64,000 nt of DNA from the human T2T-CHM13v2.0 reference genome, Homo sapiens. The notes under the pieces are model-generated. The model had not been told where the DNA came from, did not search any database, and saw only the letters and a list, made by a program, of their open reading frames with translations. The translations under genes and the position numbers were made by a program. Where the stretch lies: assembly GCF_009914755.1 (NCBI RefSeq), contig NC_060935.1, one strand, 5' to 3'. Every line of letters starts with the position of its first letter. The stretch's first letter is position 1. Positions 39,831-55,788 of this stretch are shown here, piece by piece.

Positions 39831-42259
39831 AACAATGGCCAGAGAGAGACAGAGACAGAGAGAGAGAGAAGAGAGAGAAATAAAATAACTGAGTTGTTTT
39901 ACTCTTTAATTCCTTTCTTTCTTGTTAGAGGACCAAATGCAATATCACATTTAGTTATCTGGGGAGAAGAAGGGTCCTTTTGAGTTTGTCCAGGTAGGGA
40001 CAAGGGAGAGGTGGAATATGGGGAGTTTGTGGGGGCAAGGGGAGATGAGGTAACTGGGCATTATCCCTCTAGCCCAGGGTGGATTGAGGGATGGGGGAAG
40101 AAGGCTGTGCCACACCATACACTCCTAGAAAAAGAGAGATGGGACATTTCACCTGGAGAAAGATATTTGTTGTTTAGTTTATGACACAGGTGGAATCATC
40201 ATTAATTCCTGGGACAGAGAACCATCTCCTTCTAGCAAGTTCTCCTTGAGGCAATTTCAGATTCAAGTCTGGAAGGGATTGATTCAAGTTATCTAGATAT
40301 GCTTTGGCTCTGAATAGAGACAGAATCAACATATTTTTAGGGATGAGCCTGAGATCCACGTTCATCAGCGAGAAGCCAGCACTGCAGGCAGGCCCTGATT
40401 CTGTAACACTCAGCCCACCCTGCATATAAGCCATGGCACCCAGGGCCACGAGAGGGAGGCTGGGTGGGATTCTCTGAACTTCTCCCTGGACAGGTGGTCA
40501 CATGTCATATAGGGTTATCTCCCCTCACAAGAGTGTAGTGATGTCTAATTTCATGATCTGTGCAATTTGACCTTCAGGAAAGAAACTTAAGCAGAAGTGG
40601 GCTGTGGATTTAGAGGAGAAGGATGGTAGTGTGGGTATCAAAACCAACCCTTTGTCTGTGCTGTGCAATCCAAAGAATGAGGATAACTGCCCAAGTATGA
40701 GCTGATGAGCATGCCTTTTGTCAACAACTGTTTAGTGGCTCTGCTAAGGAGGCAGCTCCCATGGTTAATGACCCACAGAGTAATAACACTGCATACACTT
40801 AAGTGCTAATTGTGCACTGGGGAAAATTCAACAGCATTTTCGGGAAGAACAAAGTGATTTTCAGGCCTTCAGGATTTGCTACTGACACTCAGATAACGTG
40901 GCTTCTCTAACTGGGGAACAAAACAGGTGGATGTTCTGACTGGGGAACATCCAACACGTGGCCCTTCCTGCTGCCTGAGATAGGAGCCAGGCACGAGGCT
41001 GCACTCTCCCCTCCAGGCTGTTTCTCTGGAAATAGAGACCCCTCTCTTCCCCACAATATGGTTTGTACTCCCTCTTCTGCCCTCTGAGCCCCACCCCTCA
41101 GGACCTTTGTACTTGCAGTTCTCTTTGCTTGTACTCTCTTCCCTCAGATACCCCTCTGGCTCACCTACCATCTTTGAGTGTCTGTCCAGTTGCCACATTA
41201 CTTTTAAGTGACTTAGAATGGCAAATCCAGTTCTAAAATGGCGGCCTGCCAAACTGGCTTGGTTTCTAGTTTATCTCACTGTCATGCATATGGGGACCCT
41301 AAAACACATCACAATGACTCAGAGACTGAAACTCTGTCCCTTTCTCTTTTTTAGCTCATAAAGCCAGTCACACAAGGCATTTTTTTGTATAAGAAAGTTC
41401 ACTTAAGTTTCAAGGAAGATGGATGTCATCATGGTTTGCATCACAACAGGGCAAACAAGTTTTATATTCAGGACAGTGTATAATGAACTCATACATTGAA
41501 CATCAGACATCCCTATTTGTAAGTGCTTTTGGCCACTCACCTCTGGGGAGATTTTATGAGCCAATTTAATCCCATTGAACAACTCTGCCTTCTTTTCATG
41601 CTTCTGTCTTCTCTCTCCCTTCCCTCAGTCTCTATGATCCCTTTCTCTTCCCATCCCCATTTTTACCCCCCTTTGGAACTCAAATTTCTTTCTCATTCTA
41701 CTATGAAGAGCAATTCAATTCTCTCCAGCTCCTACTCACAACGTCCAGGCCCATTTTTGTAGATCTAAGCCCATTAACATGCACATCAGAATGAAAGGGA
41801 CCTTCATTGAACAAAACCCCATCTTCCTCTGACTGCAACTGCACCTGTTATAGTAATAGCTTATTTCTGTTCTCATGGAAAAAAAAAAGGTTCAGTTTTA
41901 ACCTATAAAGCAGGACAGCTGGTGGTAGGCCCATTCTGCTATTAAAAACAAGAAGTCCTTTGTATGAGTTTATTACACATTGTCCTGAATATAAATGTGG
42001 TGTCTCCACAGGGAAAGGTTCTAGGAGACAGATAATTTGGCAAATGTTACAGTCATCTAGGTAATAATGTCATCAGTGCCCCCAGGTGAAGGAGATGATA
42101 GCACAAGACACCCAGACAAGTCAGCCTCAGAGAAGGAAGAGATTTACTTGAGAGTCTGTTTATGTGCTTTACAGACCAAAGGTACCAGGAGCACATTCCT
42201 GCATCCCCTTGGCAGAGGTTCTGAGTAGCCTGTGATGCTCAGCACATAGTAGGTGCTCA

Positions 42260-42592
<333 letters not shown>

Positions 42593-43059
42593 AATCACAG
42601 AGTGAACGGAGGACTGAAGGAATGGATGGCCCCATTCACTGAGTAAGTTCCACCACAGCAGGTGTTTTAATAATGCACCAGTTGGAAAGTATAGCAGAAA
42701 TGATTCCATATGGATGTGGACAGTCTGCATTTTCTACAGCACAGGCAGAGACAGGACCGTGCAGGACAGCGCCAGGATAGCTGGGACATTAGACACATTT
42801 GGCTTTAACACTTCCTAAGAAAGAAATGGATCTGGACAGGCTCAGGCATGAGTAAGTGCATTCTCAATTCTCCCTCCAATCATTGCAAACCAAAGGCATG
42901 ATTGTATTTGTCTGGGATTCATTTTCAAAAAGCATAACAAAAATCATATATGGACCTGAACCAGGGCAGACTAATGAATATTGATTTTTTTTTCCATCTG
43001 TGTGAAATCTGAATATCTCTCTTTGGTAACATTGCTCATTTTATTCTTCTCAGATGCTG

Positions 43060-43295
43060 GCTGAAGCATGGGCTTTGGAATCAGACAGAATCTGGATTCA
43101 CCACTTATTGATCAGGTAATCTTGAACAAGGTACTTAATCCCTCTGAGCCCCTGTGTCATGAGTTGAAAACTAGAGAGAACTGTGCAGCTGAGAGAATTA
43201 TTGTGGAAATAAATAAGACATCTGTGAAAGTACCTAAGCAGAGTTCTGACCATATTGGGTGTTCTCCATAAGTCATAGATCCTCTGAATGAACAA
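43060..43295 (+). mobile_element. MIR
   Basis: GCATGGGCTTTGGAATCAGACAG...TCTTGAACAAGGTACTTAATCCCTCTGAGCC. Confidence 0.75.
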
Positions 43296-43869
43296 TTAAT
43301 AAAGAAGTTAGCATTGCTTCTCAATGTTCCAAAATATTGCTGTGATAAAGATACGTGCGAAGTACTGCAGACACAAGAGAGTACCTCTAAGTCTGTCTCA
43401 GGGCACAGGAAAGCCTTTGGGCAGGAGGTGGCCAGTGAGCGTGCATGTGCGTGTGTGTGTGTGTGTGTGTGATACTGGGTAGGGAGTGATCATTTCTGAA
43501 GCTGGAATTCAAACCCAGGCGTATGTCTAACTCTACAGATAAGGGAGCAGAAGTGGATCCCATGGAAAAAAACAAAGGGCATTTAGGCAGAAGTCACATC
43601 ATATAGAAGAGCCAGGTGAGTTGAAAGTATTTTACAGACTCTAGAAATAAAGGAAGTTTCATGTGAAAGAGAAAAAAAGGTGGGTGGTAGGTGGTGAGGC
43701 TGGAAAGGGAGGCAGGGACATCTCGAGATGTGGGGACAGTTGTGCGGTAGCAACTGACACGGCCAGGTCTGTGTGTAGCAGGAACACTGGCAGATCGTAG
43801 AGGCTGGCTTGGAGTGGGGAGAGGCTGGAGACCAGGAGATTTATCATCATCACTCAATTGAGTCATTAA

Positions 43870-44110
43870 TACTAAAAACAACTATCTTTTATTGAGCTCC
43901 TGTAACCTGCCAGACAGGGCACTTAGACAGTTTTCATGTTTCATCTCTGGCCCCACAACAACTCTGTGAGGCAAACACAATTATCCCCAATTTACAGTTA
44001 AGGAAACCAAAATGTTGAGCAGTTAAGGAATTTGTCCAAAGTCATATAATAAATAATTTCTGAAGCTGAAATTGAAACCCAGATGTGTTTCTAACACTCA
44101 AGCCTCTGCT
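43870..44110 (-). mobile_element. MIR
   Basis: CACAACAACTCTGTGAGG...CCCCAATTTACAGTTAAGGAAACC. Confidence 0.75.
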
Positions 44111-44949
44111 GTCCTGCGTCTCCTGGTCAGCAAACATTTGGAAAAGTGAGCCCCATCCTCAAACCACAGGCTGCTGGAGCAAGACTCTGCTCTGATGGCA
44201 GCCGCCTTCCTGCCTGTTTTTGACCCCCATTTATGGCTGTGGAGTGACATTGCCCCCTCAATCCCTACCTACCCGATGCATACAGATATGCACACACAAA
44301 CACACACACACACACACACACACACGTATACCATATTTTGACCCCGATTGCTGCTCTTGCTTAAACTACATCCTAATTCTGTCTCACTTCTTGGACACCA
44401 TGCTTTTGCTGAGTCTTCCCTGAGCATCTGCAGTTCTAACTATCCCCTCTTGCCTGCTCCACCCTAGGGGGGGGCCCAGATTCTTCATCCTCTGTCCTCC
44501 CAGTCTGGCCATTCTGAAATAATGTTTAGTCCTTTCCACATTGCAGGATGGCAGAAGGAACAGAGAAGGAGGCACTGCATGGGTAACTGGAAGTGTGGCA
44601 GGAAGAGGAGAGCAAACAAGTGACAACAGATTTGCAGCTCTTGATCAAAGGCAGCTCAAATAAGATAAATCACTACATAGAGCATTTTTAATGAAAAGGG
44701 CTTCGCTGTACATCATTCTTTTCTTATTTTTACCCTAAAGGGACCATACCAAAAGTTGCTAGAGGTATTCCCAGGCAAAGGAGGCAGCATATTGAGTGGG
44801 AAGACATTGTGAGGCCGAGCACCTGAATGGAAGCTGCCAACCAGCCCGCCTCCCTGCCTCCCACCCTTCCTAAAGTTATTCTCTAGTAAATAGCCCTCCC
44901 ACCTGGATTGGCACCTATTGAAGGGTGACTGATTATCAGAAACAACCCA

Positions 44950-47470
44950 GCATGGGACCTCTACTTACATAACTACAGAAAAGGAGAAAAGAAACTGATC
45001 AAACACAAATATAAACAACAACTTTCCAAAAATGTCTATCTCACCAAACAAGCAAATTTCACTTTGCAATGGACATCATCAACTAAGTAGAAGGAAATGT
45101 ATGCTTTTGAAGAAAGATTTCAAAAAAGGAAGTTTAAAAAGAAAGAATAAGGAAGAGAAAGTAGGGCAAGATAGCGGATAGTGAGCAAGAAAAGTTCAGG
45201 AGAAAAGTTGAAGAAAGAAATAAACCCATCAAATGTTCAAAATAGCAAAATATTAGAATAGACACTAATTGAAAAACAAAGACATGGAGGACTGGCTTGA
45301 AACAAAAACATACGAATAAAAAATATTATCAAATTATGAGATAAAAGTCATTAGACAGTAAATTACTGGTATGCCAGTAGAAGACAGACTAAAGACATCA
45401 AATTTTGAATCAGAGTTAGGAAAAAGTAAGAACAGGACAATTAGAACAAAAAAATTCAAAAATACCTGAAAAGAAAATTACCATGAAATAAATAACAGAA
45501 ATCTAGAATTTATACAGATTAAAATGGCATATTATAGCTCAGAAAAAATAGTGATACAGAAAAACCAGCTCTAAGATACAGCCTAATGAAGTTTTCAGAC
45601 TTCAAGAATAATAAAAGAATTCAGTGAAATTCAGCATTCCTCATCTCCCACACACAAATATTCACCTATGGGGAAAACTGATGATTCCTCCATATTTAGT
45701 ACTAGAAAATAAGGAGTGACTCAGATTTGCTTTCAAGTGTAAAGAGAGCAGATAGAATTTTTCAAGTATGCAAGAGATCAGGAACAAAACGCCTACGTGT
45801 CCTTCTGTATAAACTAGGTATAACTAAATGGTGGTTCAAAGTTGATATAAAATAATCAATATATAAAATAAGCAGAAAAATACAGAAAAGATTTCATTTT
45901 TATTTATATTAAGAAATATATCTAGAAATAAACTTAAAAAGAAAATGTGGAAGACATATGAAAAAAACCTACAGGAAGAAATCTTTGCTGAAAACCAATA
46001 AAAGCTTTATATAAAGAAAAAGTTATATTTTTACAGATACATTCCCTATTTTAAGGATCATAATGCTTCCTAAATTAATGTATAACTACAATTTTATTAC
46101 AATCAAAATACTAACAGGCATTTTTTTAGAACTTGCAAGCTGATCTTAACATACAAAAGAAAAATTTAACATGGAGATATAGCCAGAAAATTTGGTTAAA
46201 AAAAGAAGCACAAAAAAGGGGGGAATGGCTCTAAATTACTAAAATGTCTCCAGTAATTTATAAAATTTGATGCTGTCACAAGTGTAGATAAGCAGTTCAG
46301 TGGAATGGAATAAAGAGTCTAGAAGCAGACACAAACACACTTGTAAAGGAAGCCCATTAATGGAGTTTAGATGACTGACTGGCTATGTAGAAAACGTAGC
46401 GCCGAATTCCTCTTCCTACCTCCTTTCTTCCACCGAAAATAAATTCCTGATTGGTCAAAGATTTAAGTTTCAAAAATGAAACTATGAAGTAACTAGGGGA
46501 GAAGATGAAATATTTAAAATATAATCTGGCAGCAGTGACATTCTAAGTATGACATGAAAACCCAAATCTATGAATTTCACTTAATAAAAAATTTAAACTT
46601 TCACATGGCAAAATCCACTATAAATAGACTCAGAAGACAAATGACGAATCAGGAGGAATATTTACAGCACAGATCACTGGCAAAAGGTGAATTTCCTTAA
46701 TATCTAGAGTTTTACATATTAATATATTAATTTACATGTTAGCAAGACCAACAACTCAATTGAAAAATGAGGAAGGATATGAACAAGCAATTCATACAGA
46801 AAAAGTAAAAGAATACCCCCTTAAAGTATGAAAGGATGATTATATTGCTCATAGTTGAATGAAATTTTCATTATGATGAGATATCATTTTCACCTATCAG
46901 ATTGGGAAAGATTAAAGCATCAGATAATACCTACCATTAGCAAGGTTGCAAATGGGTGCTGCAACACTGTATGCTAGCGGGGAACGTGACAGGGGAATTT
47001 GGTAATATTAACAGGATAAAATTACAAACATAAAAATGCTGTGTTCAGCACTCTTTTTAATAGCAACATTTTGCAGGCAACCTAAATGTGCAATAAAAGA
47101 AGAATGGTTACATTATGATAAAGTCAGACAAAAGAGTTTCATATGGCAGTTAAAAAAATGAAGTGCTGATGTGTAAATATCTCTTAGATTGATTGTTAGT
47201 TTTAAAAAAGGAGTTGCAGAACAGCAAGTATAAAATGAACTCATTCGAGTACAATGATAAAGAATATATACTATATCCTTTACTTACATGCTTGCATATG
47301 CATAGAAGTTTCTGGAGAATTACACATGAAACCATTTCTAATGTTCACCTTTGGTGAGTGGGCTGAGGAAGTGGGAGAGCAGAAAGACCCACACTTTGCA
47401 CATAAAGAAAAGTGCCATGTGTGTCAATTTTATAATTTAAACAACTTCTATAATTAAAAAATGGAGTAAA
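44950..47470 (+). mobile_element. Highly decayed L1ME/L1M5-type LINE-1 (ORF1-like, late ORF2 and 3' UTR remnants)
   Basis: A-rich; CTAGAAATAAACTTAA, ATGAACAAGCAATTCATACAG, ATGAGATATCATTTTCACCTATCAGATTGG. Confidence 0.75.
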
Positions 47471-48659
47471 AAGAAATTAATTTTATGGGGGAGAACAATG
47501 TTTCTTTATACATTCCAGCTAGTACAGCACTCTATCACCCTTCCTATTCGCTAGAGGGACATTGACACCACACATTTTCATCTTACTTGGCTCATTTGAC
47601 AGCAACAAGAATTTTGCTGGACACAAACTGAAGAAGTTTGGGAGACGGGCCCATAGACAGAGGGCAGGAGTGAAGAAGGCACTTTACATTTTACCAAGTT
47701 ATAAAAATTAGCAGCTTGATTTTTTTACTCAAAAAATACTTAGGGAAATAAATTTATATATCGCATTAGGATTAAATACTCAAGGTCGCCATTAAAAAAT
47801 CCCAAGACCAATTTGAATGTACTTCCATCCTCAGCCAAATTGTGCTGGGTTCTGGGGCTATGACAACAGTAAAACACATCCTCTCTCCACAAGCAATTCT
47901 AAGGCTGGTAGGAAAGGACAAGAAACAACTTAAAAATGATTCAGTAAGTGTTACTATAGCTGACACTTACAGGAGAACTTCTCAAAGCGAGAAATGGTAT
48001 ACAAAGTAGAATCAGAGCTCCTTAGCTCACCATGTGGGACTGGGATGAACTATTCTCTCTCACTCACCAACGCTTCTCATCAGAAGCTGAAATAAGGGGA
48101 GAGAGAGGCCCAGTCTTTATTTTACTAACATAACCCATGATCCCTCTCCATAGAATTTCTTTCCAAGCACAGTGTGTTTCATAAAAAAAAACAAACAAAA
48201 ACAAAAAAAGAAAAGAAAATCTTGCATAGCTTTTTTTCCTTTTTCTTTTTCTTTTTTCAGAAGGGGAATTTCCTCTATACCCTTCATGAAAATTTTTAGG
48301 ATTAGATTCTTCCTGCACTAGAACTCTCGGATCAAGGCATCCTGCACCCAACATATAGGAATCAAGGTTACTTACCAAAGAGGACTTAGGAGCTGATATG
48401 TTATTGTTTGAAAAATCTATCATTGATTGACAGGCCAAGAGACTGCATTTCTGCCTGAATAATAAGAGTTTAAGTTCACAGAACACTCTCAGAAATGATA
48501 TCTTATTTGATCGACACAATGCCTATAAACTAGGTATTAATAGTATTCTCCATCTGATAGATATTTCCAAATAAAGGATTAAGGAACTTACCTTATTTCA
48601 TTTAAACCACATAAAACTGTGTAAAGCAGTTGTTATTTTCTTTCATACATCAGGATTTT

Positions 48660-48900
48660 TGCTAATAGTGTTGGTTAGGAGAAAGACGAGCCAAAATGCC
48701 TAGGTTCCATTCCCAGTTTTGCCACTTAATGACTGTGTGATCTTGAGCAAGTTGCTTAACTTCTCTGTGCCTGAGTTTCTGTACATGTAAAAATGAGATG
48801 ATGATACTTTATGGGGTTACTGTGAGGACTAAATGAGTTAATAGATGAGAAGTACTTGGAACAGTGCCTAGTACATAGGAAGTATTATGAAATTGTGAGG
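48660..48900 (+). mobile_element. MIR
   Basis: GCCACTTAATGACTGTGTGATCTTGAGCAAGTTGCTTAACTTCTCTGTGCCT...GAACAGTGCCTAGTACATAG. Confidence 0.85.
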
Positions 48901-48928
48901 TCTTACTCTGAACCTAGAGGTTTAGATT

Positions 48929-49237
<309 letters not shown>

Positions 49238-50069
49238 AGATTTATTCTTGATTTGCATTTCACTGTACTGTGGTTTCCCAGAGTGTGTTTGTGGAATGTT
49301 ACTAGCCTTTATGGGGAGAAAATTAAAGAGGATCATATTGTCAGACATATTTGGGAAGTGTTACATTAGATGAAATTGAATAGCTCTCTTCTTTATAATA
49401 CCACCCAGAGCATTTAATAAATTTATGGTGAATGTGAATCTCTTTGGAGGGTTTCCCACCTAAACACTGGCACTGAGGCCTTTCCTTCCTCACTGTCTTT
49501 GACCTGCTGGCTACAAAACTCTCTTTCTGGAGACGGAGGACTTACAGGCATCCTTGGTCTTTGAATGGTGAAGGGCATTCACAAGGGGACGTTTCACTGG
49601 GGCCTAGCCATGTCATAGGGTCCCGGCTGGCTTTCTGCTGTGAGTGATCCACAGGCCAAATACAGACAGCATAGATAGAAGGCCTGCACCTCTCAGAGAC
49701 AAGATCGAAAGCCAATATCCTCTTTTCCTGGTGAGTGTGGTGCTCCCTACAATTGTAATGAAGAACTGCATGTCACAGGGTGACCATGCACTCTGTGGCT
49801 TCCCTGAATAGACATCAATGATACTTGCTGCCCTCTCCTCCACCCTGAGATGTCTCCTGTGGGGAGACAGAAGGGGCACTAGCTAAAGATCTTCTCTTCC
49901 TCCAGCCTCTCTCCAGTTCAAGTGGCCTGAGGAATTGTAAACTTTGATAAAGATGGAGTACAGAGAAAAAAATTGAGTTTTATATGACATTAGGCCTCGA
50001 AAGACGGGTGGGGAACTTGAGAGAATCGAAAGTTTGTAAAACTGTAACCAAAGTTTGTGAAATTCTTAT

Positions 50070-50280
50070 AGTTAGCAAAGCACTTTGATTACATCATCTC
50101 CTTTGAGTCGCTGGACATTGCTGGAAGTTGTGTGCTTAGCCTGCCCATCTTATAATGAGGTAATGAAAGCCTAGTGGGATAACAGACCTCTCTAAAGCCA
50201 CATAGCTAGAGGTTGGCAGGGCTAGGACCAATAACCAGATCCTGACAGTCCAGAGTTATTGCTCTTTGACCCACGCTGTG
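50070..50280 (-). mobile_element. MIR
   Basis: AAGCCACATAGCTAGAGGTTGGCAGGGCTAGGA...CCTGACAGTCCAG. Confidence 0.55.
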
Positions 50281-50934
50281 GTGCCAGGCATGAGAGTGCA
50301 GGGTTATTGGAGGAGAAGAGTAGAGACAGCTGGGAGTAGAAGAGGAAATAAAAAATAAAAATGGGAAGGCAGCTTCACCACAGCATTGCCTTAGGACAGG
50401 CTCTGAGTAGAGCTGCCAGCCCTACATGTTTGATAAGACAAAACCTGCCAAGAGTGAAAATCCATCCTGCTGAGGAGTTTAAAAAATAATTTCAAGCCGG
50501 AAATTGCATTTTATCTTTTCATTCCCTGAAGTCCAAAATTCGCCTCCCTGCAATTGCCTTGATTTAAAAAAAAAAAAAGATTCCAGCATCACAGTTCAAC
50601 ACACAGAGTCAAAAGTCTCTGTGCATCCATGCTGAAAATGGCCAATTGAATTGGCACGTCTTGCAATGAGACAGGAGACTGCACATCTATCAGGCATCGG
50701 AGCCCATTTTCATCATTCATTATTATTGGAGAAGAAAGAGATTTTTGCTCATGCACAGACAGAGGATAATACTGATTGCTGTGGTAAGATATCCAGGGAC
50801 TGGGAGCTGACTATCACTTGTTTCTTGGGAAACAGTCTTCTCTAAATTTAAGGGCCAGGAAGACAAAGATAATAGCTACAAAGAAATTTTCTAAGCACTG
50901 TTTCTTCCCAGAGACCCATAGACATAATCGGAAA

Positions 50935-51110
50935 GAGGACTATATTATGGTAAAAGAGAGCATGGGCTTTGCAGTCAGGCCAGGTTTAAACCCTACCTTC
51001 CCGTTGACAAGCTGTATGACCCTTGGCAAGTTATTTCTACTGTCTGAGCTTTGATTTCCACACTCCATAGGTTTTATTGTGAGACTCAAACAAAATAGCC
51101 TATGTTATCA
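50935..51110 (+). mobile_element. MIR
   Basis: GAGCATGGGCTTTGCAGTCAGGC...AGCTGTATGACCCTTGGCAAGTTATT. Confidence 0.75.
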
Positions 51111-53364
51111 ATAATGGCTTAAACCTGCACACTCAATCAATTATATGTCTTTTAATCAAAGTCATCATAATTCAGTAGGAAATGAGAAACCTTGGTTAGG
51201 GCAAATATTAATAAACCCAGCTGTCTGATGAAGAGCCACTGCGATCAGCAATAGACTAAAGCAGAAGTTGGTGAAAGTCAGAAGTGAGCAGACGTTAGAC
51301 TGGCACCTTGGTTCATTCGCGTTCTCCATTCTATCAGCCCCAGAACCTAAGGCCTAGGAAGCCAGGGCAAGGGTGGAGCCTCCGATTCACAGCTGACCAT
51401 GTGCCAGCTCCAGCTGAGAATGTAGACAGAGTAAACTATTCAAAGAGGCAGGCCAGGGGACACCATGCCTCTCATGGTACCTTCCAGAAACATGTCCTGG
51501 AATCCTGGCAGGCTGAGGGTTCACAATGCCTAGCAGGAGCCTGTTGCCAAGGGGGTGAAAACTAGAACCAAAACAAAGAGGCAGGCAGGGGATTGGCCGC
51601 TATGGAGTCAAGAAAATGCTTTTTTTCAGCTCATACAGAAGCAGATCAAGCAGAGGAGGTTGCTGAGGGCTGTTTCTGTTAGAAAAGCACCTCTCATGCC
51701 ATCATAATCAGGCCCATTAAGCTATCATGAATATTACAAAGCACCTTATGTGACCAGCCAGGGTTAGGTGCATGTGAATAGTTGGAGGGGCTCATCCTCT
51801 ATTTACGTTAAGTTAGTTCTTTGCGAAGCTGGACTTTATAGCCTGGCCCCTTACAGAACCAATTTTCCTGAGTTATGGTTCAATGCGAATCTCAAGGCTC
51901 TTACTGACAGCCTAAGAAATACCCCAGAAAGTCTGCTTCCTACACTGGTCATTATGTCATTTAATATTCTTTTAAAAAAGTAAAACAAGTCTCATTTGGC
52001 AAATGCCTTTTAGAGTTAACAGATACAGTAGAAAGGCCATAGGTTTTGTGACTAGGGACCTGGATTGGAATCCTGGCTCTCCATACACTAGTGACACTCT
52101 GTCAAGTGGAGGAATCTTATTTCTTAATGGAGATAGTAACACCTTCTTTGAAGGGTGTTATAGGAATTGCAGAATTCACTGGATGTTTACAATGTGCAAT
52201 GCACCCTGCTAGAGCTTTATAAGCACCTCACTAAATTCTTACAACAAACTTATGAGCCAGGGATTATTAGCCCCACCCCATCTGCTTTCCAAGTGCACAG
52301 ATAAGGGATCACCTGTATTGCATTAGGTAAATTACCTGGAATCTCCCTGCTAGTTAGGGAGGGAGGGGCAAAGGTAGTGTAGGTGAAAGCTCCTAGGAGT
52401 TACTGAATGGGCGCCAAAGGATCATCAGCTACCTTTTCCTGCTTCTCTTAAATACCTGAAATCTTCCCTTTTGAATGACAGAAAGACTGAGCGTTGGCCT
52501 CTCATGGTTTTTTTGGGGTTTTGTTTTTGTTTTTGTTTTTTGTTTTTTTCCTTTTTGCCTCTTGGGCAGTTTCAACTTAACATTCATTAACAGTAACTCT
52601 GTTTTATGAATATTTTATTCCCCCCATTTTTTCATGGTTTTGAATTTCCTATTTTAGAACCTCTATTACAGCAACATTTGTTGGAATCAATTTAATAACC
52701 CTTTGAAAGCAGATAAACTACAAATCCAGGGTCTGTAAATGGGCTACTAGCTGTTGGATGGACACAGCCCTAATTTAAAAATAGGTCACTTTTTTAAAAA
52801 GTCAAACATACTAGAATGCTTGAATTCAAATGATGACTTAAACCTCCAGAGCCTAAACATGCATTTCAATGATAAATATTCCAAAAATCTTGAATGGCTC
52901 CTTCTCAGGAATTGCCACTAATATCTGTGGTATTATTTTCCCATCCTTAAAATGATGGTAAATTCACATTTGGGATGAGGGGTTTAATTTTTGGAAACAG
53001 ATAAAAGTCATTCAGAAATAAAGTTGTTGACCAAGATGAATGATTAAACTGGGAAATGTGGGCTTTGGTCTGATGCCAGATCACTATTTGAAATATGAGA
53101 CTGATGATCCTTCTCACGGGGTTTCAGAATTGGCTAGAAAGACATCATCAAATCCTAAATATCAGGCATTGGAAAAATATGCCTAGAAAGCCATTGAAAA
53201 GAGGAGATCACTTTTGAAGAAAGAGACACTGTCCTTCTGAGGGGAAGGATAACTTGGAGGTAGGAGGACCACAGCAAGGGGGAGCTGTGATAGCCATGGG
53301 AAGACAAGCTTAGGTGTGGTCATGGGAAGATGAGCTTAGGTGTGTCCAAGGAGAACTTGAATTA

Positions 53365-53832
<468 letters not shown>

Positions 53833-53999
53833 TCAGCACATGCAAAGAAAAGCAGAACAAATCTCAGGCTACCACATGATAGTCATTGGTACCTGGGCTA
53901 AGTATCTCACATGTATTCTGAGAGTATTCTTATGTATTCTCATGTATTCTGAGACACTCAGTTCATTATGCTCAAATCTAATTTAGCACTAATTTCCAT

Positions 54000-54230
54000 T
54001 ATTCAAAGGACTTTTATATCCTTGTTTCAATGAATGCCCACAACACCCTTGTGATGTGAGTGGGGTAGGTAATGTTATGAAACCTATTTGATAGTAAGAA
54101 GGCCAAGATTCAGATAAATTTGTTGACTAATGAATCACCCAAGGTCACTCAACTTATTAGTGGCTAAACCATCTCTGCTAGAACTTTGATCTGTTGGCTT
54201 CAACTTTTGAATTTAACTATCTACTACTTT
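54000..54230 (-). mobile_element. MIR
   Basis: CACAACACCCTTGTGA...CCCAAGGTCACTCAAC. Confidence 0.55.
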
Positions 54231-55788
54231 TCTATCCTCTTTATCAACAAAGACATTTACATTCTGAGATATTTTCTACAAAGAAATTATCATAGCAATT
54301 TTAGCAGTCTTTATTAGTATATTGGATATAACATAAAGAATAGCTTCAAAAATTAGAGAAGACTCTTCTGATAACTTGTGTTTCAAAACCTAAGAATACC
54401 TACATAGTTGTTCCATCACCCTCTTCCTTTGAATGAAGCAAAAGGAGTACAAATAACATTTCTTGTGATATAAGCTATGCTTTCTTTTCACAGATACTTA
54501 AGGTCTTCGATGAACAACCAATTATTCTTCCTAAAACCTACACCATGGCACAGACTCCTTCAGTCCTATTTGTCTGCCCAACCTAGCCAATACCGAGACA
54601 GATGGAGAACAGGTCCCTCTCAAGCTCTCATGACTCACTTTACTGCTCACCTCTTAGTAATCCAAATAGGAACCCAGCAATATTTAAGCTTCAGCAGCCT
54701 TGAAACCCAAACCAAGTTTTACTCCTACACCTGAGTTTGATCGAAATCTTCAAAGAATGCAAGGAAAGGCTAAGATGTAGACTGTTCAAAGATGGGATCT
54801 CTCATTAATTTCTGTCTCTTCAGTATCAGTATGATACCTGTAACATACTTAAAGTAGATGAAGAAAAAAGTGGGAAAGTTGGAAGGAAGGAGGGAAGAAA
54901 GAAAAGAAGGAAGGAGAGAGGGACAGAGTCCGGAGAAGGACCTGTATCTTTAATCCTGGCCAAGGATTAAAGCCTGGTCCTGTCTCTGTTCCTGGACCTT
55001 CTGGCAAGGCAAAGAAGTGAGATCCCTCAGCAGCCTGCTCTCCTGCTTGCAACCCTTGATGACTTTAATGAAGAAGCGTTATAAAAATACTTGGTTTGTG
55101 TTCATAAAAGCCACCAAGAAATAGGGAAAAATAAAGACTGGGAATTGACTGTAACCAGAGGCATTTTCACTAGGAATTCTTGGCTTGCTTTCTCTCTATG
55201 AGCTATGCCCACCTCAGGAGCTTTCATGTGGATAACACAGAGATTTTCTTTTGAAAAGACTCTTACTATGCCTTATGGGGTCTGTGAGTTGCACTCTATC
55301 CTCTGGGGCATAAATTTACTAAGGAGATGGTGGGGGTCATCATTCTTCCATGGACAAGCACATCTTCTCTATGACTCCTGCCAATCTTCCCCAAGACTAT
55401 GCTGGCATGGTAGTCTACAGCGAGCTAGCAACCATGCTATGACTTATGCAGGTTTTTGCTTCACACATTCATTTTGCAATTATTTCTTGATTGTTTACCA
55501 GGTATCTGGCACTGTGCATTATTTCCCCTCCCCTCCCGCACAACAGTACCAGGGAAGACAGCAGAAGTTTGTGGTGGAGGGTTATGTTTCCCAGTGGCCC
55601 TTCGCTCATTTAGAAAATTCTGAACTTCTTCCCAGCATCTGTGGAGGCAGAACCCTTCAGTGCACTGGGAGCAGGATCTACAATGGCTTCTAATTTACTA
55701 ACACAAAAAATTAAGATTTTTTTGCCCGATTGTCAAGACATTTACCATTCAGTGATACCATCCTCCCTTGCCCCACAAATATGCAAAG

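Noticed and set aside
55205-55693. 162-aa ATG-initiated ORF
   Set aside because: No recognisable domain, no promoter or CpG island nearby; length is attainable by chance
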